This document shows positions 31,288 to 37,650 of a stretch of DNA of 37,650 nt, piece after piece; position 1 is the stretch's first letter; the number at the start of each line of letters is the position of its first letter. Source of the stretch: a virus. Under the pieces are notes generated by a model. That model was not told the DNA's origin. It made no database searches and saw only the letters and a list, made by a program, of their open reading frames with translations. Location of the stretch: IMG/VR virus record IMGVR_UViG_3300045988_125995, one strand, 5' to 3'. The position numbers and the translations under genes were made by a program.

Positions 31288-32046
31288 TTAAATTTTCTTT
31301 AAGATGTCCTTCAGCTCGCCCATGTCGATCTGTTCCACGGGGCGGGCGTCGTATTCGGCGCGGGTGACGACGCGGTTACGCGAGTTGGGCAGGGGAGGGA
31401 GGCCCCAACGGTTCCGGCTGCATTTCCGGATGGTAAGCGCCCAATCGCGCCAGCCGTTGCGATTATGCGTCCCCTGCGCGCTCTCGTCCACGTACTGGAT
31501 GCAGCGGGCAAGCTCCGCTTTGCCGAGTTCCGCCTCCAAGGCGGCGAACTCCTCGTCAGTCAGCTTGACCCATTTGTATTTCCCGTGCGAGCGGCGCGCC
31601 TCGCGCGCATTCTCTTTCGTATTCGGATTCTCTTTTGGATTCGTATTTGGATTCGTATTCTCTTTGGATTCAGGCGGTGACTCACCGTGACTCACGGTGG
31701 ATGACGGTGGGTCAGCAAGTTCCGGCGCGGGGAAGCGGGATTTCTTGGTTTGGATTCTCTGGTGCGACTCCCATGTTGGGAAGTATAGGTAGGGCTTTCC
31801 GTCTACTTTGTAGAGGCCAACGCAGCCTATACCCGCCAAAGCTCTCAGAGCGGCATCTATGTCCGTGACCGTTATTCTGTCCCGCAGGGGGAAGCAAGAC
31901 CCTTTTATTATCGCGGGTCTTGCGTCGCCCCGCCCGAAATCGTCCACATACGTAATCAACGAAATCCAGAGCCGGAACTGGAAGTCCGTCATCTTATTCA
32001 CGTCTTCCGAACTGTGAATGCTTTCCTTGATTATCCTATTTGGCAT
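31288..32046 (-). CDS. Replisome organiser / DnaD-like replication initiation protein
   Basis: N-terminus FQFRLWISLITYVDDFGRGDARPAIIKGSCFP is typical of the phage replisome-organiser N domain. Low-complexity NPNTNPKENPN linker. C-terminal conserved phage domain. Confidence 0.7.
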   Translation of the reverse strand: MPNRIIKESIHSSEDVNKMTDFQFRLWISLITYVDDFGRGDARPAIIKGSCFPLRDRITVTDIDAALRALAGIGCVGLYKVDGKPYLYFPTWESHQRIQTKKSRFPAPELADPPSSTVSHGESPPESKENTNPNTNPKENPNTKENAREARRSHGKYKWVKLTDEEFAALEAELGKAELARCIQYVDESAQGTHNRNGWRDWALTIRKCSRNRWGLPPLPNSRNRVVTRAEYDARPVEQIDMGELKDILKKI

Positions 32047-32098
32047 ATCGCACCGCCTTTACAGACGGCAGACTGCCGTTATGCGGTCTGCTCATGGG

Positions 32099-32305
32099 TT
32101 ATGCGTCGTGAAGGATCTCTTCGACGTCGGCGATGGTGCGGGTGAGTTCCTTTACCCGCTTTTCGAGCCCTTCACGGGCTGACCGCTCGATGTCAAGCTT
32201 GCTTTGCAGTTCGGCGGCTTTGCGCGTGGCACCGAAAAGGGATTTGACGCAGGCTTCATAGCGTTCCTGAAGATTGCGGAAGGTTTTGTTTGTTACCATT
32301 TTCAT
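32099..32305 (-). CDS. Hypothetical coiled-coil protein (68 aa)
   Basis: Compact ORF with helical, charged composition. TAA stop. Confidence 0.5.
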   Translation of the reverse strand: MKMVTNKTFRNLQERYEACVKSLFGATRKAAELQSKLDIERSAREGLEKRVKELTRTIADVEEILHDA

Positions 32306-32323
32306 TATCCTTTCTATCGTTAA

Positions 32324-32683
32324 TCAGAAGGGCAGGGGCAGCTCACCGAACGAGTCGTCGGGAATCTCGTCGAAACCGGCGTCCGGCTGGACGTTCTGCG
32401 CCTTATATGCGGGGTATGACATGGTGGGAGTGATGCGGGCATTGACGTTTACTTCGTCGCGCCAGTTGCCGCGCGGGTCTTTGCGTGAGGTGAACTTGAC
32501 GGACTGGATAGCATCGACGCGGAAGCTGCCGCCCTCGGTGACGCCGGAGGGCGAATTGGTCGGCCAGATGGTGATCTGCTTGCGGCCTTTGCCCTCCTCC
32601 TGAACTACGACAAGCTCGTAATTATCACCGGAGCGGGCGCGGACGGCGGAATAGGTCTCGCCGGTTTTCAGCTCAATTGGCAT
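32324..32683 (-). CDS. SSB-like protein with acidic C-terminal tip
   Basis: ATG 32683 after AAGGAGG. The C-terminus DEIPDDSFGELPLPF resembles the SSB protein-interaction tail. Sits in the recombination module. Confidence 0.5.
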   Translation of the reverse strand: MPIELKTGETYSAVRARSGDNYELVVVQEEGKGRKQITIWPTNSPSGVTEGGSFRVDAIQSVKFTSRKDPRGNWRDEVNVNARITPTMSYPAYKAQNVQPDAGFDEIPDDSFGELPLPF

Positions 32684-33416
32684 TCGCTTCGCCTCCTTCA
32701 TCTGCTCCCGCGAGGGCGGAGAGCTTTTCGCAGATGGACTCATAATCCTTCTGCCTTATGTCCTTGGTGCTGGCAAAGCCCATGGCGACGATGCGCTGCT
32801 TGGCCTGCCCGGAGGTCAGCCCGGCCTCGCCCGCGATGGCGTAAAGACGCATGATCTGCTTCTTTGTGATGGGGCTTTCGGGGTCGGTCGGGGCGATGAC
32901 GGCCTCGGCGTTCTGCATGAAGTCCTCGTTCTCCATATCCTGAGAGAACATACCGGAGCAGCCGGAAAGGGCTATTGCCGCGCCGACAAGGGCGCGCTTC
33001 TGCGCCATTTTGAGAGTGCCGTTTGCGGCGTCCCACGGAGAATTGAAGCCGTTGCGCTTCTCGTTGGTATTCGCGGAGCCGTAAGACGAGGTGATGATGT
33101 ACTCGGTGCCGTCGATGATCTTGACGAGATCACAGCGGACGGCATAATAGAATAGGGGGTCTTTGCCGATCTGCTCGATCTTGCTTTCGATGGTGTAATG
33201 CTGGGTGAGGCCGTAGGCAAGGGCGATCTTCTCCGCGCCGGGCTTATAAAGGCTCGGTTTTTTTGTTTTCGGAATGACGCCGAAGTCTACGTCACGCTCC
33301 AGCTTTACGGGAGGGAGAGCGGAGTTTGCGGTGACGAGGTAATTCTTGCCCTTGGGGGCGATGCTTGCGGGCGGCGGGGTAAAGCTGTACGCCGCAAGCG
33401 CGGTAGTTTCGTTCAT
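32673..33416 (-). CDS. Putative ssDNA-annealing recombinase (family unresolved)
   Basis: Lies between the exonuclease and the SSB-like gene. PSLYKPGAEKIALAYGL and LKMAQKRALVGAAI resemble annealase cores. C-terminal helical tail. Confidence 0.45.
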   Translation of the reverse strand: MNETTALAAYSFTPPPASIAPKGKNYLVTANSALPPVKLERDVDFGVIPKTKKPSLYKPGAEKIALAYGLTQHYTIESKIEQIGKDPLFYYAVRCDLVKIIDGTEYIITSSYGSANTNEKRNGFNSPWDAANGTLKMAQKRALVGAAIALSGCSGMFSQDMENEDFMQNAEAVIAPTDPESPITKKQIMRLYAIAGEAGLTSGQAKQRIVAMGFASTKDIRQKDYESICEKLSALAGADEGGEANAN

Positions 33417-34042
33417 TCATATCCTCCTATGAGTTTGGTTATTTTCAGGAGCCGGTCAAAGACCTCGGCGGGGTCGGCTCCGCGAAAATGCTTCTGGACT
33501 ATCTGCTGCTGGGAGAGGACGCGGAAGGAGCCGTCCCGCCGGAGCTGCACGCCGATGCGCCTTGAAGGGTGAACGGCGGGAAGGGCGGGGGACTCCGCGC
33601 CGAGGTAGCCTTGCAGCTGAAGCGCGAGGGATATCTGGGAGAGTCTGTCCATGTCTACGGTAGTCTTTAGATCCGCAATGCACGGGCGGCCTTGGACAGT
33701 GCCGAAGCGGTCGAGCGTTCCGGCGTAATCCTCGGTATAAATGGGCTGCTCGATCATCGACCAGTCGGGGCGGTTGGTATCGAGAAAAGCGAGGTAAGCC
33801 CTGACGTAGCCCGCGAGGGCGGGGTCAACATCCAGCTCCGCGAGGTGTACGCCGTAGTCGATACACTGGCAATACTCATGGATGAGGGAGCCGCGGCGCG
33901 CCGCCTGCGCGACAAGGGCGGAGTTCACGCTGCCGTATTTGACGGCGGTGACGGGGGCGCATATCTCCGTGACGGAGGGGACGCGGCGCCCGTCGAGCGT
34001 ATAGGTATGTGTATCGGGATCAAATAACAATCTCTTCGCCAT
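33413..34042 (-). CDS. PD-(D/E)XK (Cas4/RecB-like) exonuclease
   Basis: THTYTLDGRRVPSVTEI, GSLIHEY and GTLDRF...CIADLKT (D..D.K catalytic arrangement). Confidence 0.75.
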   Translation of the reverse strand: MAKRLLFDPDTHTYTLDGRRVPSVTEICAPVTAVKYGSVNSALVAQAARRGSLIHEYCQCIDYGVHLAELDVDPALAGYVRAYLAFLDTNRPDWSMIEQPIYTEDYAGTLDRFGTVQGRPCIADLKTTVDMDRLSQISLALQLQGYLGAESPALPAVHPSRRIGVQLRRDGSFRVLSQQQIVQKHFRGADPAEVFDRLLKITKLIGGYE

Positions 34043-34493
34043 GGCAAACGCGGAAGCCGCAATACTGGGCTATCTGGTCGAACGAGGTGTCGAGTGCGTT
34101 CTCGATGCTCTCACGGGCACAGGCTGCGCAGACGCAGCCCTCCTCACCCTCGTAATACTTATCCTCGAGAGCTTCACCGCAGACGTCACAGACGCGGCAG
34201 TCGGTATCTTCGGGCGGCTGCCCTGCGGCGGTAAGGGTTACGTCAAGATTGCGGTCGAGCCAATTCTGCATAAGTTTCGTTCCTTTCCCGATATGGTAGA
34301 TTACGGCGCGTCTGACGGTGGGGAAGTTCCCGAGGGGCAAGGGGAGGTAGCGGGTGCAGTTCTCGTCCGGAGCACAGCCGCGGCGTTTATGCGTGATATA
34401 GCAGAAATCGCAGGTCTGAGTCCTTGCGCAGAACCAGATGCAGGTCTCATGTCCGGGGCAGAGGTTTGGATTACGCCAACGAAGATATCTCAT
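34020..34493 (-). CDS. Cys-rich (multi-CxxC) protein, unknown function
   Basis: ATG 34493 after GGGAGGA. Many Cys pairs: CPGHETCIWFC, CDFC, CRVCDVC, CVCAAC. Confidence 0.55.
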   Translation of the reverse strand: MRYLRWRNPNLCPGHETCIWFCARTQTCDFCYITHKRRGCAPDENCTRYLPLPLGNFPTVRRAVIYHIGKGTKLMQNWLDRNLDVTLTAAGQPPEDTDCRVCDVCGEALEDKYYEGEEGCVCAACARESIENALDTSFDQIAQYCGFRVCHGEEIVI

Positions 34494-34738
34494 GCCCGTA
34501 TATCCTCCCGCAGGTCGGCGGTGTCCAGCTTGAAGAAGCGGTAGAGCCGTTTTATCTGGCCGAGCGGCCAAGCGTCGGTATGCTTGGCGAGCATACGGGA
34601 GAGGGTGGCGACACTGACGCCCAGGGCGGCGGCCATTGCCTCAAGCGAGGTATCGGTGGCGTCCTTGCGTTCAAGGATCGTCGCCTTTATGGGGTCGCGC
34701 TTCGGGGCGGCGAGCTTATCAAAGCGGGTGCGCGGCAT
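34490..34738 (-). CDS. Small HTH DNA-binding protein (Cro/excisionase-like candidate)
   Basis: SLEAMAAALGVSVATLSRMLAKH. 82 aa, early in the leftward operon. Confidence 0.55.
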   Translation of the reverse strand: MPRTRFDKLAAPKRDPIKATILERKDATDTSLEAMAAALGVSVATLSRMLAKHTDAWPLGQIKRLYRFFKLDTADLREDIRA

Positions 34739-34875
34739 TACTTATCCACCTCCGCAGAAACGGTGATGATCTTCGCGGCCAGAGGCAGGCAGAGGACGCA
34801 GAGGACGGCGAGGGTCAGAATCTCATTATTGAACAGTACGCAGAGGGCAAGCGCGGGGACTATGTATTTCTTCAC
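34738..34875 (-). CDS. Small membrane peptide (45 aa)
   Basis: GTG 34875 after AAAGGATGA. VKKYIVPALALCVLFNNEILTLAVLCVLCLPLAA. The TAA stop overlaps the next ATG. Confidence 0.4.
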   Translation of the reverse strand: MKKYIVPALALCVLFNNEILTLAVLCVLCLPLAAKIITVSAEVDK

Positions 34876-34889
34876 GGGGTATCATCCTT

Positions 34890-35051
34890 TCATTTGGAAA
34901 TTTGCACATGGCCTGTCACGGCCTGGCAGCGGTAGCAATACATATGCTTCTTGTGGCCTTTTGAGGTAGCGCGGGAATACTTGGGGATAACGGCGGTCGT
35001 GCCGCATTTCATGCAGCGGAACACGCGCCAGAACACATGCCGCCTACGCAT
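34890..35051 (-). CDS. Small zinc-ribbon protein (53 aa)
   Basis: MRRRHVFWRVFRCMKCGTTAV...YCYRCQAVTGH. It has no SD of its own. An SD-driven 11-codon leader ORF (35079-35044, TAG stop) overlaps its ATG. Confidence 0.5.
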   Translation of the reverse strand: MRRRHVFWRVFRCMKCGTTAVIPKYSRATSKGHKKHMYCYRCQAVTGHVQISK

Positions 35052-35097
35052 GGCGGGGCGAGGTCTTAGTTGATCTCATAATCTCTCCTTTCCTGAG

Positions 35098-35123
35098 TGA
35101 AATCTCATAAATATGAGATTTCA
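35098..35123. promoter_or_regulatory. Perfect 12-bp-arm palindrome TGAAATCTCATA-AA-TATGAGATTTCA (operator)
   Basis: Seen directly. It abuts the -35 of the rightward promoter at 35126 and lies just upstream of the leftward Zn-ribbon leader. Confidence 0.65.
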
Positions 35124-35125
35124 AG

Positions 35126-35154
35126 TTGACAGGCCGGAGGAGGCGGTATAGAAT
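35126..35154 (+). promoter_or_regulatory. Sigma-70-type rightward promoter
   Basis: TTGACA (35126-35131), 17-nt spacer, TAGAAT (35149-35154). Confidence 0.6.
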
Positions 35155-35267
35155 GGAAGCGCCAACAACCAATCGCATACTGCCTCCGGGCACTGCCTTT
35201 GCTCCGGCTTTACTGCCGGGGTGGGGTGGGTGCGCCTGCTGGGGTGTACTAGAAAAGAGGACTTGCG

Positions 35268-35480
35268 ATGAGTTCACCGAAACTGCCGAAACCGGGGAGC
35301 ATTGAATGGAATACTCAGCAACAGATAGCGGCAAAGAACTTCAGTGACGCCGAAAAGCGGCGAAAAGAAGAACTGCGCCTGCGCCGACAAGAAAGCCGGA
35401 GATTCTGGATTCAAACCGCGTTATCAGCTCTTGCTGCGCTTTCCGCTCTTGCTGGAGTAATTCTTCAACTCTGTCGATAG
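35268..35480 (+). CDS. Possible small tail-anchored protein (70 aa), antisense to 35341-35568; ends with TAG
   Basis: ATG after AAGAGGA and downstream of the 35126 promoter. It overlaps a better-supported minus-strand gene. Confidence 0.3.
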   Translation: MSSPKLPKPGSIEWNTQQQIAAKNFSDAEKRRKEELRLRRQESRRFWIQTALSALAALSALAGVILQLCR

Positions 35481-35568
35481 TGTCGGCGGTGTGCGCCTGA
35501 ACCATCTGCGCGGCATTCAGCGCCGCGGCAAGGTCTTCGGACATGTTGGGCGAAGGATTTGTTGCCAT
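35341..35568 (-). CDS. Small coiled-coil protein with C-terminal TM helix (75 aa), first gene after the leftward promoter
   Basis: ATG after AAAGGAGGAAAGCTC. A consensus promoter lies about 25 nt upstream. TGA stop. Confidence 0.55.
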   Translation of the reverse strand: MATNPSPNMSEDLAAALNAAQMVQAHTADTIDRVEELLQQERKAQQELITRFESRISGFLVGAGAVLLFAAFRRH

Positions 35569-35590
35569 GAGCTTTCCTCCTTTCGTAGGT

Positions 35591-35619
35591 ATTATATCTC
35601 AATATTACGTAGATTTCAA
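35591..35619 (-). promoter_or_regulatory. Near-consensus leftward early promoter
   Basis: On the minus strand: TTGAAA (35619-35614), 17-nt spacer, TATAAT (35596-35591). Confidence 0.7.
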
Positions 35620-35646
35620 TCTAAAATCTCAACAATTCATAGATTT
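35611..35646. promoter_or_regulatory. Operator half-site cluster AGATTT-N7-AAATCT-N11-AGATTT overlapping the -35 of the leftward promoter
   Basis: AGATTT at 35611-35616, AAATCT at 35624-35629 and AGATTT at 35641-35646. The same hexamers build the palindromes at 35098-35123 and 36892-36914. Confidence 0.5.
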
Positions 35647-35710
35647 GGAAGTAAAAACAAAAGCACAGTAGTAAAACTGTGCAAATTTAACAAAAAGGGA
35701 GAAAAGATGT

Positions 35711-36520
35711 ATGGAGAGATTTCTGGCATGGGTAGTTACGGCAATGTTCTCTTGGTTCTTCCGCCTCGTTGCTGTGCCTATTTTTACGTTAGCATTCCGC
35801 ATCGGGGATAAAGTTTATTTCCACAGTGAAGCGTTATTCTGGGTAATTGTCTTTTTGGAAGGTTCAACGATACTTGGACTGCTGGTAACCGGAATAGTTT
35901 TCGGGTGCAATTTCGTCGTAAAAGCATCGCAGAAGATGTGCAGAAGTGTAAAAGGCACAAGATATACGGTTATCGGTATTGTATGTATTGCGAATTATGC
36001 CGTGCTGCTGTTCGGCGCAGCCGAGGGGGTTGCCAAAGTTCCTACGGCGCATATCTGCGCTTACATTGCATGTATTTTATACAACATCGCACTAATCGTG
36101 ATTGGCCGAACCCAAGCCAAAGAGGATAGAGAAGCAAACCCAGAAGAAGAAAAGACGAAGGCCAGTAGCCCGGTGCAGGCGTCTGGGGGCACATATAGCG
36201 TGAAAAATGAATTTGTAGATTCTTTATTGTCTGACAATCCTATGCTCACCAGAGCGGAGGCAGAGAACTTTTACCATGTCATTATGGTTGACCGGACGAG
36301 AGGGAAAGAAGCGGCAATTGCGAGCTTTTCAGACATGGTTCACAAAATTGCCGAGGGGGACTTGCTCCGCGCGACATTCGTTGTCTCGTATCTGTGCGGT
36401 GCTCTGGCTGCTTGCGAAGTTTTGACAAAAGAAGAGTCTGACTCACTATCTGAGAAATATAGAAATGCATTACTTGACTTATTGGAACAGGAACGGAAGG
36501 AAGAGCAAACACAAGCATGA
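35711..36520 (+). CDS. Membrane protein (about 4 TM helices) with a soluble helical C-terminal domain; AT-rich accessory gene coupled to the repressor gene
   Basis: GGGAGA upstream. Hydrophobic segments in residues 1-135. The stop overlaps the next ATG (ATGA). Visibly lower GC than the flanking genome. Confidence 0.65.
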   Translation: MERFLAWVVTAMFSWFFRLVAVPIFTLAFRIGDKVYFHSEALFWVIVFLEGSTILGLLVTGIVFGCNFVVKASQKMCRSVKGTRYTVIGIVCIANYAVLLFGAAEGVAKVPTAHICAYIACILYNIALIVIGRTQAKEDREANPEEEKTKASSPVQASGGTYSVKNEFVDSLLSDNPMLTRAEAENFYHVIMVDRTRGKEAAIASFSDMVHKIAEGDLLRATFVVSYLCGALAACEVLTKEESDSLSEKYRNALLDLLEQERKEEQTQA

Positions 36521-36834
36521 CAAGGTTTTTTGAGCAATACACGAAGCTGTGCAAAGAGCGCAGCATGAGCGCGAACGGCGTGGCAAAGGAAATAGGTTTA
36601 CCTTCGTCCTCCGTGACGTATTGGAAGCGTGGGAGCCTCCCCCAGCAAAAGACGTTAGAAAGAGTCGCCGAGTATTTCGGCGTGTCCACGGACTACCTCC
36701 TCGGCTACACCGACGAGAAAGAAAATCCCGTGAGTGCTCGCGCGGAGCTGGACAAGCTCATTGACGGCATGGGGCGCGACGAGCTGATAGACTTCATCGC
36801 AAAGGCGACGGAAAAGCTGCGCGAACAAAAATAA
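36517..36834 (+). CDS. XRE-family HTH repressor (CI-like candidate)
   Basis: MSANGVAKEIGLPSSSVTYWKRGSLPQQKTLERVAEYFGVSTDYLLG is a classic HTH_3 domain. 105 aa with a terminator downstream. Confidence 0.8.
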   Translation: MTRFFEQYTKLCKERSMSANGVAKEIGLPSSSVTYWKRGSLPQQKTLERVAEYFGVSTDYLLGYTDEKENPVSARAELDKLIDGMGRDELIDFIAKATEKLREQK

Positions 36835-36856
36835 GCCCCGCCGAAGCGGGGCTTTA
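36834..36856 (+). terminator. Hairpin terminator after the repressor gene
   Basis: AGCCCCGC-CGAA-GCGGGGCT followed by TT(A). Confidence 0.5.
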
Positions 36857-36888
36857 GACGAGCCGGTCAGACATCTGCTTATTCCGAG

Positions 36889-36917
36889 TTCATAGATTTA
36901 AAGGGGAAATCTATAAT
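36889..36917 (+). promoter_or_regulatory. Operator ATAGATTT-N7-AAATCTAT overlapping a TATAAT -10 box
   Basis: Inverted repeat at 36892-36899 / 36907-36914. TATAAT at 36912-36917, with a weak -35 TTCATA 17 nt upstream. Confidence 0.45.
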
Positions 36918-36931
36918 AAGGAGGAAGCTGA

Positions 36932-37033
36932 ATGTTCAAGATATTCAAACGCCGTATTCGGGTACGCTTCGTACTTCGGAACGGCAAATATCTGGCCATT
37001 GCGAACAGGTACACAAGAAACCTGTTCCGGTGA
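36932..37033 (+). CDS. Small basic peptide (33 aa)
   Basis: ATG after AAGGAGGAAGCTGA. MFKIFKRRIRVRFVLRNGKYLAIANRYTRNLFR. TGA stop. Confidence 0.35.
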   Translation: MFKIFKRRIRVRFVLRNGKYLAIANRYTRNLFR

Positions 37034-37079
37034 TCGGGTGGAGCGGCGGAGTAACGCCGCCGCTCTGCGGCTCGTCCGG

Positions 37080-37190
37080 TCAGCGATTAATAAGGGACAG
37101 TATCTCCGCCGCCTGTTCTTCTGTCATGGTGGCGACAAGTGCGCGGGCTTCTGCTCTGAGGTCGTCTAGCTCTGGTTCTGTATTTTCCAT
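37080..37190 (-). CDS. Small acidic helical peptide (36 aa)
   Basis: ATG 37190 after AGGAGGGCAAG. MENTEPELDDLRAEARALVATMTEEQAAEILSLINR. Convergent with 36932-37033; a GC hairpin at 37041-37065 lies between them. Confidence 0.4.
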   Translation of the reverse strand: MENTEPELDDLRAEARALVATMTEEQAAEILSLINR

Positions 37191-37484
37191 CTTGCCCTCC
37201 TATGCAATATCCCAACGGGATATTTCCGCGTGTTTTTTTATCTTGCGTATAGCATAACAGGTTTAAGCGAACAAGTCAAGTATAACCGAATAAGTTTTTA
37301 TATGCCAAATTTTGTATTGCGATTTCCAGCTCCTATGCGTGGGGCTGATTACAAGGTATCATGCAGACGAGGGGAAAGCAAGAAACAAGTTTGAATTAAC
37401 GGCGGTCAGTTTTGCCGCCGTTTTTGCACAGGGATATATCAAATTTGAAAAGGGGGAAGATATGTGCTTGAACCATGCGAGATA

Positions 37485-37650
37485 ATGGAACGAGTACGGG
37501 AACTGGTGGACGGCAGCGGGCTGACGGTGTCAGAGATCGCAAGAATTTGCGGCGAGCCTGAACAGAAGATACGGCGGGTGCTGGCCGACGGGAAAAGCCC
37601 GGCGTTCGCGCCGCTGTGCGGTATCATCACGGCCTGCGGCGGCAGCGTTG
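37485..37650 (+). CDS. N-terminal part of the HTH/TM regulator that continues across the circular join into nt 120-409
   Basis: ATG 37485 gives MERVRELVDGSGLTVSEIARICGEPEQK..., in frame with nt 2-409 when 37532-37650 is superimposed on 1-119. Confidence 0.7.
   Translation, partial: MERVRELVDGSGLTVSEIARICGEPEQKIRRVLADGKSPAFAPLCGIITACGGSV
37532..37650. repeat. Terminal redundancy copy 2 (identical to nt 1-119)
   Basis: Base-by-base identity with the window start. Confidence 0.95.

Noticed and set aside
35044-35334. 96-aa minus-strand ORF spanning the promoter and operator region
   Set aside because: It covers the palindrome and promoter, has no SD at its start, and only its last 11 codons (the SD-driven leader mini-ORF) appear meaningful.

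Overview
The window is a complete, circularly permuted temperate dsDNA phage or excised prophage genome. Nt 1-119 repeat exactly at 37532-37650, giving a unique length of 37,531 bp, and an HTH gene reads across the join.

Layout, in order:
- Lysogeny module: HTH/TM regulator, zinc-ribbon tyrosine integrase, and a tRNA-3'-end attP core.
- Leftward block of small accessory genes: RHH proteins, a J-domain protein and Cys-rich peptides.
- Divergent control region at 5.1-5.5 kb.
- Long rightward late operon: Com-like Zn ribbon, tRNA-Thr(CGT), an atypical tRNA-Met(CAT), TerL, TerS, a tRNA with anticodon CTA, portal, holin, scaffold, major capsid, tail/fibre genes with duplicated receptor-binding cassettes, an NlpC/P60 endolysin and a 1675-aa ejection/tape-measure-like protein.
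- Strong bidirectional terminator.
- Leftward early/replication operon: XRE regulators, dUTPase, RuvC-like resolvase, sigma factor, DUF551, Dam and C5-like methyltransferases, pentapeptide-repeat protein, replisome organiser, SSB-like protein, annealase and PD-(D/E)XK exonuclease.
- Immunity switch: face-to-face promoters, AAATCT/AGATTT operators, and an XRE repressor coupled to an AT-rich 4-TM protein.

Main finding: seven late genes (terS, portal, major capsid, a tail fibre and three other virion genes) each contain exactly one in-frame TAG within their first 4-53 codons.
- No late gene terminates with TAG.
- The phage encodes a class-II (long variable arm, A73) tRNA with anticodon CTA between terS and portal.
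- Sequence contexts suggest TAG is read as Tyr or another aromatic residue, not the Gln usually assumed for amber-recoded phages.
- Early genes still use TAG as a stop, and two of the three have close in-frame back-up stops.

Secondary oddities:
- A pentapeptide-repeat gene is broken by one extra nucleotide in its 15-nt repeat array.
- A leader mini-ORF ends in TAG over the start of an early Zn-ribbon gene.
- Operator and promoter architectures are repeated across the control regions.

All functional calls come from motif recognition by eye; no database search was possible.
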